Positions 14,200 to 29,309 are shown, numbered from the stretch's first letter. The stretch is DNA of 64,000 nt from Trichosphaerium sp. ATCC 40318 (GCA_038496445.1 JALMLS010000466.1:186001-250000), one strand, 5' to 3'. Made by a program: numbers and translations. Notes: generated from the sequence alone by a model not told the origin.

Positions 14200-14914
14200 A
14201 GTGTGCTGTGTGACCTTTAATGCCTTCTAGAAAAATCGCAACAATTTGGTGCCAACGTTTCTGCGATATTTCTTTGAATTGTGGGGCAACCTTTACATGA
14301 GACTGTTGTTCACCATTCTTGGAGGCACGATTGACAGTGCGTCAATGACAACAAGAACCGCACATTGAATCTAGCCACTACGTTTTTGTGAGATGTGGTA
14401 CGGTACCGAGAGTGTATATCCTAAAAGAACGCGTCAGCTGGGTACAATTCTCAACACGTGATTTTTATGGCAAATTCTGAAACTAGCATTGCATGTATGA
14501 TTTTTGTGATGTAGTTAACGCTACAATAAGATGTCTCCTTTATTCTGTTGTGTTAATATGACGACTTTTTCTGTTAGGATTGATTTATTAGTGTAACCAC
14601 TTGGGTTTTTTACGAGTACATTTTTTGATGTGTTTGATACAATCAGTACATGACTTATCATTCTCAAAAACAAGCTTTATTCTTGGACATTGTAGAGTTT
14701 CGTAGTGTTTGACAAAGGTTATCTGTTCACCCTTTTTTGAACGCTTCAATGTAATAGTCTTTTCACTTGCCTATTATTTTTTAACAACAAAAAACACAAA
14801 CTTGTTTTGCATTAAAATCTGATGCTTGTATCGAACGAAAAACTGTGAATTCATATTGGATCGATAAAATAAGATTTAGAGTTGAACATATATTGAAATT
14901 GGCGCTGAAAGTCA

Positions 14915-16329
14915 TCAACATTGAGAGTAAAAAACTAACAAAGAAAAAAAAAGAAGAATTCTTGCCTTTGCCAATATATCTTTTAGTTCAATAGTAAACA
15001 AGCTCCCACATTGTAGTTTTGCTTTGATAAATCCTTTTTCAAATATTTCACAATGGCATACATGATTTGAAGAGAAAAAACCTAACAAGCTGTACGATAG
15101 TGTCAATCTCCCTGACCAAACTTTACCAGGCTCAAGACTTATTGGGTTTTCTTTTACTTCATCATATAGCTTATCCGTGAATCCGTCAGGAGCATTGCCA
15201 CAACCCTTGAAAAAATATGAGAAGTTCATTCGAGACTGAGGATTTTAAGACACCAAACCACAAAGGATTTGAAGTGAGTGTATTCAATACTTAATGAAAA
15301 TGTTTATACCCAACACCCAACACAAGCTAGTCGAAATTTCAGCTTTGTTAGTTTAATTGGTATGTTTGTATTATGTAAGTTTGTATTAAGTATTATCTAG
15401 AAGCAACGTGTTTTAATAATCAATAAATAAAGATGACAAAGTGAGAAAAAAAATCCAACAATTTTAGTTTAATGAAAAGCAAGCACCCAAAAAAGTGTAA
15501 TTGGTCAAATTACCGTACAATGTGAGAATAAAAATACAGAAGAATCATCAGGATATATATTTGGGTTTTGGTCAATGTATATTAAACTAAACAGATACAA
15601 AAGACTAAACCGTTTAGGTTTATAGCTATTTTGTTTTGCGTTGTCATTACTTACAGGTCAAGTGCTTTATCTTCAGGTATCCTCATTATTGAAAATACAC
15701 TAGATAAAGATTGTACTAAGGTTTTTCCTTTGAAATCAATACGAGATAAGATCAAACTACACAATGATTTCTAGCAAATAAATCAGTTTTCGTATTTTTT
15801 TCGTAAAAACATCAGAGAACTCAGCACGACAAACAAAATCATATTTGGTCAGTTTAATTTACTTTTCAATATCACTTATATTTGTGCTTGTAAAAGACAA
15901 TCATAGATAGACATCAGTGCCACTGTTAGGCCAAAAAAAATTACAAAAAAAATTTACCTGAAAACCCATGCTTGCTAACAAATGATCTTGGTTTAATTGC
16001 TTTGTCAAGCGAATTAAAAGATCAGCAAATTGTGTCGAGTCTCTTACATAGCCTAGGTCTTCAAACGCCTTTAAACCGACCTCACAATCTTTATTAAACG
16101 CTGAAACCGCGTTTTCTATCTACATTAAGTAGTATCAGAAGGTGTCAGGCAAAATAGAAATAAACAACATATCGTGCCGCTAGCAGATAAGCTTACGCAC
16201 CTTGTAGTATGGTGCATTAACAATGACATCGTGGAATAGTCTACAAGTCATTAAGCAATCTATGAATACCCTATTATGGCCTAGTATATTCTCTAGCAGT
16301 TCGGGCGGTAGTTGAGCGAGATTTGTCAT
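14915..16329 (-). CDS. Putative F-box protein; exon structure and 3' end uncertain
   Basis: Start MTNLAQLPPELLENILGHN (F-box LPxExxxxIL), followed by several short exon-like segments. Confidence 0.5.
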
Positions 16330-16969
16330 TTATAGTAATCCAGAATCAATGATCTTTACTTTAAGTTGTATCACAGGCTTATTGGACATTCAAACACGTG
16401 ATGTGAGAACGACTACTTGAGATCTACCTATGTTCGTTTATATGGTAAGCTGGAAGCCAGTGTCAACAAAAATGACAATAGGTAACGAGAAGACTACCTC
16501 AACTAAATGCATTTTCTCAATATTGAGTTCTATGTTCTTAAACAAGAATAAGACATCAGACAATTGATATATTACATTTCATTAGAGATGGTATGAAAAC
16601 TGAAATTGTTAACACTTTTTGGCACTTGCTTAGATTTGGTGGTGGCACCTCGTCTTCTAAAAAGGTTTTCTATACGGCCACAAGGTTTCCTTACGTTACT
16701 TTCTCAATTGGCCATCGTTGGACAACATGAGCAAGTATTTAATAGAAAAGCACTGGGCTAGTGCTGATGGTTGTACTGTACGGTATCTATTTAGTTAAAT
16801 TTTACATGGTAAACGCTCTAACTCGACGCGTAAAAACGAAGCAATTGTGACTAGCACGTACAGTGATTCTCAGATTCTGATTGGTGCAGTACGACAGACA
16901 ATTTAGAAAAAAGACATGCTTTTATTGAAAGGCGCAAAAATCTGCGCGCACATTATAAGAGGGATTTAT

Positions 16970-19900
16970 CTAATCCTCATCGGCTGCACCGCTGAAGATT
17001 CTAGCATAAGAGAACGGAGTAAACTTATGACCATCACCATAGTAAAACTTGGACTGAAATTCTACCCAGTGGAGCCTCAAAGCATGCAAGAAAGCTGATA
17101 AGGATTCCTATAAAAGAAAAATAAACAAAAGTACTACAACAATACAACTACCAATAATAGCTGAGTTAAAAATACGCACCATAACCAAGAGTACAGCAAT
17201 GGTACATCCTAACCAAGCAGCCCAGCAAAAGAATGTAGTGAAGGCACCAACAACGACACCTTTTCCTACACCTTCTACACCTACTTGAACAAGAAGCATA
17301 CCCCAGAAAACAGTAGCTAACTCAGAGTGTGCCAAAGAAAGAGCCCACAATCTCAAATAACTTGCAGTATGTGATACACAACCAAGAACAAACTCAATGG
17401 TTTCAATGACTTGGTGAACAAACATATCGCTGAAATCAAACTCTTCCTCTTCTTCCTCACTTTCCTCATCTTCAACTTGATGATATTGACCCTTGTTCTG
17501 CAACCTAGACAACAAAATGAGTAAACTTTGTCAAAAAACGACTTGATTGTTCTTACTTTTTGTTGTGTGCACTGCGGAGCGCCAAAGGCTTTACGAGAAG
17601 CATAAGAGGTACGGAGACAATAGCAAGGAATACTAGGACACCCTGGATGTATAATTGATTTGGGTACAAACACTTTGATTTTGTATCGTCCCAGAAGCCC
17701 AATACGAGGTAGATAAGGATATTCAATAGCTGAGGTGCTTCAGTGGTTGAAGGATGCATAGGACAATCAGCACCATAGGTAGCATTACCTGTAAAAAGCG
17801 TTAGAGAGGCAAAAACAAAACCACCAAAAAAAAGGGTTCGTTTGTTAATTCAAAAGAATCTGATAACGTACTGAGTACAATGCCAAGCTCACGTTGACGA
17901 TCATTGTAGTAGAATGGTGTGTACCACTTGTAAAAGATAATAAAGCAAGTGTAACCAAACAATGCCATCATAAAGGTAATCTGAGGAATAAACTCGAAGA
18001 AGATATCCAACTTTTTACGGAAATGGATACCGTTTAAAAGTTTCAGTATAAGACCGAGTACCATCTAAGCCACAACGTTAACTCAACAATAACCAGTATG
18101 TATAAATACGTACTTGAGATACACCAAGGATAATGGACAATTTCATCTTGAGGGAGTTGTAGTACAACAATTCGTTTTCGTTACCCTGAAAGTAAATTAT
18201 TAATAAACATTGAAATTGAAAACTTTAAAAAGTTCTTACCTTCCACACTGGATCAGCTCCGAATGGATAAGGTCCACGGACACCAGTGTTGTTCCAGTAC
18301 TTATAGTAGTAACCTTCAGAACATGTAAAGTTGGCGTTTTGTTGCTCAGCAGTACAATTGCTCACAATTTCCCAAGAACTTCCAAACAGATCCATCGGCA
18401 CAGAGAAGAACTCATTGTACATAAATCCAGTAAAGATAGCGAAACAAGACATAAGGACTACAATATAACGACCATCGAATGCCATTTGAAATAACTAAGG
18501 GACCAGTCAGAAACAAAAAGAAGCAACAAAAGCCGAACACGTTCAAAAACAAAACAAAAAAATCGTACTTCGCTCGGCGGATTCTTAGTCCATTCTTTCT
18601 CCTTCCAGAGCATAAAGAGAGCGAATGCAAGCATCATAAAACCGTGTCCAACATCACCGAACATGACAGCGAACAAGAAAGGGAAGGTAATGATGGTGAA
18701 AGGTGCTGTAAAAAAAAAATGAGCTAACACGGAATTTCTTTATGCCGAAAGAAAAGTCGAAGCCACGTACTTGGATTAACCTCTCCGTATCTTGCAATAC
18801 CATAAGCATCAACAATACCTTGGAAGGCACTAGTGAATTTGTTGGTCTTATAATACGTTGGTGGTTGCTCTTTAGTATCCATAATACTCATGATGGAAGG
18901 TACAAGAGCGCCACTGCGATCCTACCATCACCGTCAGAAAACTAATCCTTTAATATACAACGAACCTTAGCACGTCTTAAAGCGAGCTGGATCTCCTCAG
19001 TAGCAGCCTTTGGGCACCAACCTTCAGCAATGAGACACTTACGACCATGATCGTAGTTAAAGAGGTTCATGGTATGGAAGATAGCTTTTTCCTGAGGAAA
19101 CAAAAAATTTAGAGAACAAGAACAAAAAAAAGTTTGAACGCACCTTTGTTACTTTCTTATGCCATGAGTGAAGGTGTTTTGCGAGATTGCTAAGCACTTG
19201 GATTCTGTGCTTTAGGGTACGGTCCAAAACAACTTTCAAGTCGTCAAGACGGCCTTTGACCTGAGGCCACGTGTTAATTAAAAAACTCAACAAGGAAAAA
19301 AATGCAAGCGAAACGCACCTTCTTAGCGAGGTCAGTACGCTCTTGAGGGGTATCAGGGCAAGGGTAGAGATTAGCACCGAAACTTTCGCAAATCTTCTTG
19401 ATCTTGGTGTGCAAACGCTCACCCTAATCACGTGGGTAAGGCGTATGCATCTCAATAAACAAAAAAAAAAAAGAACGAACCTGGAAAAATACGATGAAAA
19501 CATTTTTCTGTACTGGTTCACCGGTTTGAGGGTCTTTAATCTCTTCCTCAATTTCAGCGTGTCTCATGAAAAGATTACCACGTGTAGCGCGGAACAAAAT
19601 TCTCTCGAAGATGTGAAATTTCTCACGAACAACAACACCAGTAATAAATCTACACAAAAAGGACGTAAGTAGAAGAACAAAAAAAAAAAGAAGTCGCTTA
19701 CCCAAGTTTTACAACACTGCTTGAAATTGACTCCTTGGTGTCTTCACGACCGAGAAGGAGTTCTCTGGTCTCGTCACCAGGTTGAGTTACAACACCGTCT
19801 TGAGTCCAGTCCTAGGGATAGAGTTAGAGATGAATATTACGTCAAGGTAGAAAACGATTTACTTACACCTGCTTCAAGGAAGAAATCTTGATCCTTCTTC

Positions 19901-20507
19901 AATACATGCTTCAACTCAATGAATTCGTTGTAGTTTCTGTTGAGCATCTCTTGATTGGCGTTCATTTGTTGAAGTTCCTTCTCAAGGTCCTCAAATTTGC
20001 CTTCTAGCTCTTCCATCTTGATACGAAGGATTGGGTCATCTGTTTCGTCGATTTCAATTTTGCTCATGCCATCAGGGAGATCGTTGTTTGCCTTTTGAAT
20101 GTGCTCTTGGAAGAAGCGGATCTTACGGTCCATTTCATCTGCCGCCTTCACATCATCGACAAAGTTACGCTGGAAAGCGTTTACATGCTTATTTTGCTAA
20201 ATTATAGTGAGTTGAGGTCTAAACAAGACTTGACAGTCAACTGGTGAACTAAAATACCAAAACCCCACAATTAATGTCGTATAGTAGTAAAGTGTATTTT
20301 GAGGCAGTACAAGACACTTTTAAAACCGAATAGAGAAGAAAGTAGTGTAAAAAACCACCACAAGCGTGGGGAAGATTCCAGAGTACTTACATCCTTAAAA
20401 TGAATGAGACCAAGCTGTCCAAGCTCATCAACAGTATCGTGCGCAGCATCGATTTGGATGAACAGCTGTACCAGCTGCATCTCCTGCGAGCGCCATAATT
20501 CACCCAT
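16970..20507 (-). CDS. VPH1: V-type H+-ATPase V0 subunit a
   Basis: [89 protein letters not shown]. Confidence 0.97.
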
Positions 20508-20696
20508 CGGTTGCGGGCTCAAAGTACGTTCGCTTTTTGTTGACTTTTCTATGTCAAATTCGCCTCAAAAATCACTGGAAAAAAAAAATCAGGATTCTGG
20601 TGAATAAGGAAGCCTTTTTTCACTTTTCAAACTACTGAGAAACAACTACAAGCGCCAAAAAAAGGGGGTAGAGGAAAAATGTTATGTTTATTGAAT

Positions 20697-23634
20697 CTAC
20701 TCTTCGTCAACCTGACCTGCTGGGAAGAAAAGTGGCACGAGACTGCCAAGGGCAAACAAAATAACTACGACACCAGCGGCCATTACGAGCTTCTGCATAT
20801 CTTCGTTCTCATACCATGGCTTCTCTTTCTTGACTTTACGTGTAGCCTTGTTCAATTTCCTGTTTCTCTTTTTACGATCAGTAGGAGTCAATTCCTTTTC
20901 TGGTTCTTCTTCGACTACCTTCTTTTTTCGTTTCTTAGGTTTTGGTTTCTCAACAACTTCAGGTTGGTTTTTAGATTTTGATTTTTGTTGGCTCTTCTTC
21001 GTTGGTGCAGCTGCTTGAGGTGTGGATTTCTTAGTTGCTTTTGGTTTCCTGTTAAAGTAATCTGCAGGTTTCTCAGCAGGGCTGCTAGTCAAAGACTTTT
21101 GAACTATTTGTTTTGGTTTTTTCTGTTGAGGAGCAGGGCTGTTATCACCTGACTTTCTGATACGTTTTCTTCCGCGAGATTTTGACGACGAGGTAACGAC
21201 TGAAAATGCGTTGGAAGGGTCAAAGGTTGCTGATGCCTTCTTTTGACTGACAGCAGTGCTAGGAAACAAGTTAGATCACAGCCACGGAAACAAAAAGTTT
21301 TTATGAATGTTTTGTTTCGTTTTTTTACGTAGAAAAAAGAATACGTACTCTTTCTTAGCAACAGTCACTGGTGATGCTGATTCTTGCAAAGCTTTTAGAT
21401 CAACGTCTTCGTCAGCGTGCTTTTTAACAACATGGATAAATCCATCATCATCACTGACCTACAGGTGTTGTTAGTAAACATATTATCAAATAAGAATATG
21501 TACCTTTTGTTTTCTCTTACGTGGACCAAGTTCGGCTTTGAGTTTTTGAACTCGTTCCTTCTCCTTTTTGTCCTCCTCAATCTTTTGTCGTTTGGCTCTC
21601 GCCATACGTATGCGGCGTTCTTCCTCTGTTTCTTTCTTTTCACGCATTTTACGTGGTCCGACAGTGGATTCTGGTTCAGGTTCCTCCTCGGGTTCAGCGA
21701 CCTCCTCAGGTGCTTCCTCAGGTTCTGGAGCAACTTCTGGTTCTGGTACTGGTTCTGGTTTGCGCTCAGGTAGAGCTTCCAAAGGAGGGGCATTAAGTAC
21801 TTCCTATTATTGAATAAGCCAAGCGCTTTTGACATGGTGATTGATTTTTTCTTTTACGTACATCTGGGAGTGAACCGAAAAACAAAGAGTTGATGTTTTT
21901 ATGAGCAACTTTTGCGGTTTCGCTTCTACGCTTATCGCGACCTTCAATCTCTGTGACCTTAGCCTTGATATTGGCGAAAGGAGCGTCCTTGCACGCAGTC
22001 AACAATTCTTTAAATACTAATACAAGGGTGAGTAAAATTGAAGTCTTACAAAACAAAGGTAGGTACCATTTCTTAGTTGAGCAAGATCCAATGACTTTTT
22101 GATGAGAGATACAGGGACTTTATTGTCTGATTTATCCTCTTCTTCCTCTTCCTCTGGTGCGTCAGGTGCATCTTCACCTTCTTCACCTTCTTTTACTACA
22201 ATCTTGGCTTTTTTTGTGCGTTTCTTTGATGAACGTGTTTTTTTCCAAATATCAGCAGTACTGTTTTCAAAGAGTTAATTTTTTTCTCAAACAAAACAAA
22301 TTAAATTATTATCGTACTCTTTGCACAAGAAATGATGAACGTAATCAGCTTGTTTGAGCATTTGCAAAGCAAATGATGAAAATTGAACACAAATTGGGTC
22401 GTCGCTCTCTTTACCAGTTGAGAGCAACAAGTGGCTTCCATCAGGACCGATACGAGTAAGAGTGACAGGATTCCTTGAGTTAAAGTCAGAAATCAAAGCT
22501 CTTTTTTTTTTGTGAAGCTAAAAATGGCGTACGCAGTTCCTACTTTGCATGAAGCGGATTTATCCTTCAATAATGTAGCAACAGCAGAGATCCATCTAAA
22601 AAGAAAAATTAAGAAATTAATCTCGAGAAGGAGTAGCAAAAGAGCCGAAAAGTAGGAGAGAAAAACAAAAAAAAATTCTTCTTTGACAAAAAAGGCAAAC
22701 GCTTTAATTTATAATTATCTACTTGTGACGTTGTGGAAGTACTTGGTTTTTTTGATTGGTAAGTAAATGAATAGTATAGTAATGGTCACGTACGCGTATG
22801 ATTGAGATACAGCACCGACATGGGTAGCATCAAGAACAATGTTTTTCTTGTTGAATTTACCTTGTTCCTTCTTTTGTTCGTACACTAGAACCCGATATAT
22901 TAGTTTGGACGTCATTAAATAATTTTTTCAATTGAAAATTCGTACCACTGACGTGGAACCCGCCTAGTGGAGCAACCTTGTTATCCCATGAAGCTAGAAC
23001 ACCTTCAAGTTCGATACGTGCCTAACAAAATGTTAATTGTAAGGCGAACAGATCTGTTGTTTTGAGCAAAAATATGCTTGTTTTGCGTTGGTAACAAGTA
23101 ATTCAATGCGTCAGACGCGTCACTATTACTCTGGAGACTTTTGGGTTTGTGTTACACGTACAGCTCTGTTTCTACGCTCTGAAGGACCAACAGTAGCGTA
23201 TGGTTTTGCGACAGCGCTTCCATTGGCTGAATCGACAGCAGGACTAAACTCTTTCGTGATTTTGAGCAAGTACTCCAAGTCAAAGTTATACTTTGAAAGT
23301 CTCCTGGAAATGACCTAGTGGGAGTGATTAGGTATTAACGCGAAGGGTAAATACCAAAAAGCAAAATAAACAAAATTTTTATTGCGTTTACCTTCTCGAT
23401 TCTTTTGTTCATGCCTTGACACGTTTGACTCACTTTAACAAGACCATCGACGGAGAGCTTAGGCATCATAGCACCCAATCCATCGAAAAATCGTTCCTTT
23501 TGTTTTGTTCCACCGTTGCTATCTTTTATTGTGACAGTTCTGGTCGCGATAAGGGAATCAAAAACGGTGTTTGTGGTGGCTCGAGCAACTCTGCTCGGTT
23601 TTGCGCCTTGACCGTCCCCGCTTGTATTAGACAT
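20697..23634 (-). CDS. Hypothetical tail-anchored protein: F-box-like N-terminal segment, acidic/basic low-complexity middle, single C-terminal TM helix
   Basis: Minus-strand exons join via GT-AG introns from MSNTSGDG to LVMAAGVVVILFALGSLVPLFFPAGQVDEE*. Confidence 0.55.
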
Positions 23635-24227
23635 TTTTCAGTTGTAAAATAAACAATGTCAAGTATGTATTGCCACGTTGTTGCAAAGTAGGTCAAACAA
23701 AATTCAGCAAGAATTTTTTTGGGATTTTGACCAGATAGCGCCCAGAAGTATTGTATAAGGTGTGCGTAGTACTTGCGATATGTGAACAGTAAGGCGAAAA
23801 TACCTTTCTGAAAAAAAAAACACGACTAGCGCAAAAATTGCCAAAAACCACTGTGGTGTTTTATGTGGAGCATAGAGTGACCTTATCTTATCAGTTCATT
23901 GACTTTACGTCGTTACATGCCACGTGTAAGGTAGAAGCGCCTTTTGTACGCTTGTCAACGGCATAGTAAAATTAAAAATAGAGGAAATAGCACTGTTTAG
24001 GTTCGTTTGATGCAAACATAAAAAAACGCCGCTGTATCAGCGTAATTTGACTCTACAATGTGCCTACATATTCAGCGTGGTGGCGTACGGCGAGGTGTCA
24101 TCTTATTGACGTTATAAATAAACAGTTTGCAACAGTTTTGTTTTTTTTTTGGAAATCAAAACAAGAGGCACTAACTAGTTGCTACTTTATTGTTGAACAA
24201 CTACTGAGTGGCACTGTACTATTATAA

Positions 24228-25109
24228 TCAAGCGGTGATTTTTAGGTCATTAAAGAACTCAACAATAGTTGGGTTGCCCATAGTGACTAACATAGTGTAA
24301 GCGAGGTGGCAATAAACAGTTAATAATTTGTTTTATGCGTACTTCTGACAAACTCTTCTTTATTAATTGCCTTGTCTTTGTCGGTGTCGAATTTCTTGAA
24401 GATGTCATCAATCACAGATTTTATTTGAGCCTTCTCTGCTCCGCTTAGACTAGCTTGTTCGTATCCTTGCGAGCGTTCTTTTGCTATAAAAGAAGCAGTA
24501 ATCATCTTTTTAATTTCACTCTACAAAAAAATGATTAGCATCATGTAATGCGTTGTAGTTTAAGCTTGTACCTTTGACAATTGTCCATCACCATTCTTAT
24601 CGAACAAGTCGAAGGTGACTAACAGATGTTAAGAAATCTAAACTAAGACATGTTGTACTTGCGTTGGAGTGTCTTCTCGGTGTTTGCTTCGCTCATGGAG
24701 ATAGCCATAAAAGCCAAGAATTCATCATAGTCAAGATCACTATGAGAGAGTTAGTGCAACTGCAGCCGTGTCTAATTTAGCTATTCGTGCGTACCCTGAC
24801 TTGTCAGCATCTAGTACTGTCCTAACGGGTAATCAGACGCGCTTGTGTTGCAAAAACGGGCGTACCATAGCTGGTTTGCTAGGGATTTATCTAGCTTACA
24901 GTTCTCAGTGATTACAGCCATAAATTTGTCTTTAGAGATGGTTTGGCGCTCAGTATGAGCCAATTTCTCCCAAACTGCTTTGATTTCATCCTTAGCAGAA
25001 ACTGGGACTGTACAAGATGTTAATTAGGAATTGAGCTTACACCAATCGGTTAACGAAACGTACTGTTTAGTTCTTTAAGTTTGTTTTCTGCTGCTTGTTT
25101 GTTACCCAT
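24228..25109 (-). CDS. N-myristoylated EF-hand Ca2+-binding protein (calcineurin B/NCS-like)
   Basis: MGNKQ start; EF loops DADKSG..DYDEF, FDLFDKNGDGQLSK, FDTDKDKAINKEEF. Confidence 0.85.
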
Positions 25110-25502
25110 TGTTGATGCTATGCTTTATGCAAACCAGTACGCTCACTTAACCTAAACTCGTTGCAAATACCCGAAAATCTTAGTACTTTGGTTTCTTGCT
25201 ACAAATTTCTCTTACACTCTAAACGAGGGATACCCCTTTTGGGAGTTGTTCCAGTTTTTGAAACTTGATTTGTCCATCAAGTGATGTTTTCAAGTCCTGT
25301 AAGTATTTTGATTTAATCAAGTCAAAATTGGTACTAGCGTGTACCTGATCACGTGATACCGACACTGTATTGTGGATCCAGAACGAGAATAATGGTATCA
25401 CGTTGTTGTTTGTAATTAGACTAAAACTAACCTGATTGTTAGTCATATAGTTCAAATGCTTACGATTCTCAACCAACAAAACAAATAGTGCGCTCGTATG
25501 TT

Positions 25503-27054
25503 ATGGGATTTGGTAGTGAACCTGTTTGGTCCATAGGCTTTCATCCGAATATTGATACATTCGCAAGTAGGTCATTTATTCTTCTTCTCTGTCACGTGAT
25601 TAGAAAATTAAAGCTAATCTTTTCGCTATAAGTGGGTACACGTGGGAATTTAATGTTGTACAAAATTAATAAATACAACAAGTTTACACAACTGCAGGTG
25701 CTTTATTATTTATTGTTGTATTTGCCTTGTTAATAGATTAACTTGTAAACAGAGTGTGTATATAACGGATAAGCTTATAACACATCTACATGTTTTACCA
25801 AACGATGTTGTTGTGCTTGTAGCATGTGATCAATTGTTTTATTGGAGACCTCAAGGTGAGACAAGAGTGGTTCAAAGCCCTGGTACTTTCACATCACCTT
25901 CGCACTATAGTGTCTAATACAAGTATTTGTATAGTTCTTGAAGGAATCATTGATATCAAAGTGATTGAAACTGTGGGGTACTAATGCTAGACACAACACA
26001 TAACTTTTTTGTGCTCACTGAAATTTAGCATAAAATCATTTGTAGTAGCACTGTTGGCACGTCAAGGCAATGTTTACTTTGCAGAGGTTTCTTTTGAGAA
26101 AGAAGAAATTGAATACATTAAGCGTGAGAATCTTGTTGATACGCGGAGTATTCCACTGTGTCTTGTATGCCAATCACCAGTTATATCGCCCTGTAAGCCT
26201 ATACTGGTATTTACATTGTAACAGTTTATCATAGTGATACCAGTAAGTGACATTCTTGACAACCTGGAGATGAATGACTACAGAAAATGGATATTGAAGG
26301 CTTATAAAGGTGTTGAACCTTCTCAAAGTGAAAACGATAGAATACCTATAGTAGCGTGGGTAGTTTACAAGTATGCAGCACCTTTTTATTTATCGTCACA
26401 CAGAAAAATCTTATGCTCAAAAGGAATGGGTGTAAGGTTGGTTGTGTATACTTCGGAATGGATAACCCTTGCTTGATTAAAGTACCACCTGGTAGATCAC
26501 AAGAACGTATTTTTAGCGATACAACATCAACAGATATTCTTGGACCGTTGCTAGTCAATGCAAGGTCCGGTTTGAGACGTTTAGTTACAAGCAACCTTTT
26601 TGCTATTAATTAGTTTTTATAAGCAGTACAATGGTTTTTCAATGATTGCTGACTTATACCACTTAGTATAATTAAACTCGGTGCTGATGATCGTTATAAA
26701 CTTGGTGTCACCCTCAAAAAGCTGGATGGAACATGTATTTTTAATGAACGTGTACCTATTAAAGCAAACAATGTCGAGTCAAAGGTGATGATAAAAGTGC
26801 CAAGAAAATTAGGACGGGATAACTATTTTATAGTCTTGGTGGACAAGATGATTACCATATTCAATATGGAAGGCTACTGTGGCTATAAGGCACTAGGAGA
26901 TGATAGAACACTAACTAAAAATGAAGATGATGAGTTTAATGTGGCAATATCGAATAGCCATTGGATTTTAGTCAGTACCTCTCCATTGCAAAAAGCACAA
27001 AAAGTTTTTTTGTACAAAATATGTGATATGGTTGAAATTAAAACAGAACAATAA
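25503..27054 (+). CDS. Hypothetical protein with WD40-like N-terminal strands
   Basis: MGFGSEPVWSIGFHPNIDTFAS followed by short spliceable exons up to the stop at 27054. Confidence 0.45.
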
Positions 27055-27407
27055 ATAAGTGATTGATTGATTGCAGCAATTTAAAAAAGTTATATAAAGG
27101 TCACCTCCGATTGTATATTATTCCTAATTACAGGTGTATCTAGCTGAAAGTAGCTTTATTACTTTAAAAATGCAAACTTAGAGATTGCAAGCAAAGTTTT
27201 TCAACCAGCCACTCGATGAAAAGATGAAAGTTAATAATAAGAAAAGTTCGACCTTGCTATTCTCCTATAGAAACTGAAAACATAAGTTTTGCATTTGTAT
27301 GTTACCATTGTAGAGCCAATTGCATATCAAAGTGGATAGTACAATAGAAATATTTTGTCTATTTTTGCTACTGGTGTACTGTATGACCATCAGAAAGCCT
27401 TAATAAA

Positions 27408-27600
27408 TTAATCTGTAGTATTTTTACAACAACTAAAAGCTATGGAGTGAACACCTTTGAGTGCTTTCACACCTTCATCTGTAATGCAGAAACACCATCT
27501 GAGATAAACGGCTTGAGCACCTGAAAGTGATTTGACACCTTCATCTGTAATGTAACTACAACCACTGTAAACTAATAGCATGAACACCAACAAGTAATTT
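27408..27600 (-). pseudogene. Fragment of an LRR gene paralogous to 11287-12858
   Basis: About 2.5 repeats (ITDEGVKSLSGAQAVYL, ITDEGVKALKGVHSIAFS), disrupted upstream, no F-box. Confidence 0.65.
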
Positions 27601-27822
27601 TACCTTTTATCTGCAGTGGTTAGATATTGTTCGGACATTGTGCTGTAGATGATTCTACACTATAAGCGTACAAATGATCACGTGACAGCCCGCTTTAAAC
27701 CACAGTCAAACCTAGGTCGCCTGAGGCAAGATAAAGCGCTAAAACGAACTCTTAAGGGGTTGGAAAAACGGATTACAAATTTATTTCTATTTAATGTTTA
27801 TGTACAGTGTCACTTAGTGTTG

Positions 27823-29101
27823 TTAATGCTTTGGTTCTTCTTTTATCTTAATTTTCTTGGCAGGACGTTCACTAACATCACCATCGACTAGTTTACGCTT
27901 CTTTGCATCAACAACGGCGTCTTCCATCTTAACATCTGGAGGCACCTCGCTCTTTACAGTTGTCACTGATTTAAACTCTTCTTTGACTTCTTTGTTCTCG
28001 GTGCCTTCTTTCTTTACCTCGGCCTTTATAGATGGCTTAAAGAAGTTTGTTATTGCATTCTTTTTCTCTGTTTTGATGTTATCAAGCTTGATAATCAAAG
28101 AAGGTTCATTGTTTCTCACATTTCCGACTTTTTTAGACACGGGATAACTACAGAGGTTTTTTTTAGATCCTAGCGCATACTAAGAGAAACAATGGCGTAC
28201 CATGTAACAGCTTTTTGAGTTAAAACAGCCATAGCTTTTTGTTTGGTGACAGTAGGAGATAGCCAACTAAAGATGGTTGTTAACAAAGGGGTTTTTTTTT
28301 TCTCAGGTCAACAAAATTCGTACATATCCATTTCTTCAACTGTGAGCATTGCTGGCATTCTACAACCGAGAGATCAATAAAATAACGTCTATAAGTTATG
28401 GCAAACCTTGTGTGTATAGCCATAAGATCTTTTGTGGCAGGCATTGTGATAATACTGTAAGACATTGTATCGGTGCCGGTTTCCTGTTTTTTGAATAAGA
28501 ATCGAGATTTCTAGCTTTGAAGTGGAGGTAGGTTGTTGTACCTTGTTTTTCTTGACGTCGTAGATACCTGCAAATACCAGAGGTTTGCCATTGGCGTCTT
28601 TGAGAGGAAAGTAATGTGGCACTTTGTCTCCATTCTCTTTCTTCCATTCAAAGTATCCTGTTGCTACTACAGCGCAACGGTTGTTTGTGAGAAGACGGGA
28701 AAAGAGTGATTTATTGGAAAGACTCTCAATTCGAGCGTTAATTGGATGTTTTTGTCTATTTTGAGTGAGTACAACGAGATGAGGCGGTTTGTTAAGGTAC
28801 TTTTTGTCTGCCTTCTCGTAAAACGGAATCAAGCCCCACTGCATTAAAACGACGGTTTTATGACCGTCTTTATGTATAATGACAGGTTGATTTGTTCCTG
28901 GGGCGACTAGAGAAATTATTAGCTACAACGTTTCAAACAATGCTACAAGTGTTGCTAAAATAATAAAACGAAGTAGAGACGCGTTTCCTGTTGTAACGGT
29001 TACGTACCATTGTAATTTTTGTCGAATTCGCAGGTATTAGATGTTTTAAATGTCTTTGGGATATCTGCTGGAGCAAGGGTATTAGCTGCACGACCGCACA
29101 T
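27823..29101 (-). CDS. HMCES: SRAP-domain abasic-site protein
   Basis: N-terminal MCGR, YN/VAP, MQWGLIP, INARIESL, RCAVVATGYFEW, IHT/RMP, WYA/YPVSKKVGNVRN. Confidence 0.95.
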
Positions 29102-29309
29102 GTTGTTTGTTTTGTATTAAGGACTGAAAATGAGCTTTTATTCACAAAAACAACAATTCCCAGAATTGGTCTTTCTTACAGATAAAAAAAGTCTAAAATG
29201 CGTTGTTTCTACTTGTCAGTGAGATGCACCAATGTGGTTTGCGGAAAAGTTGTATGATAACGGATGTAGGTGATGTACAACTTTGTATTTTTTATTTTCT
29301 GTTTTTTTT

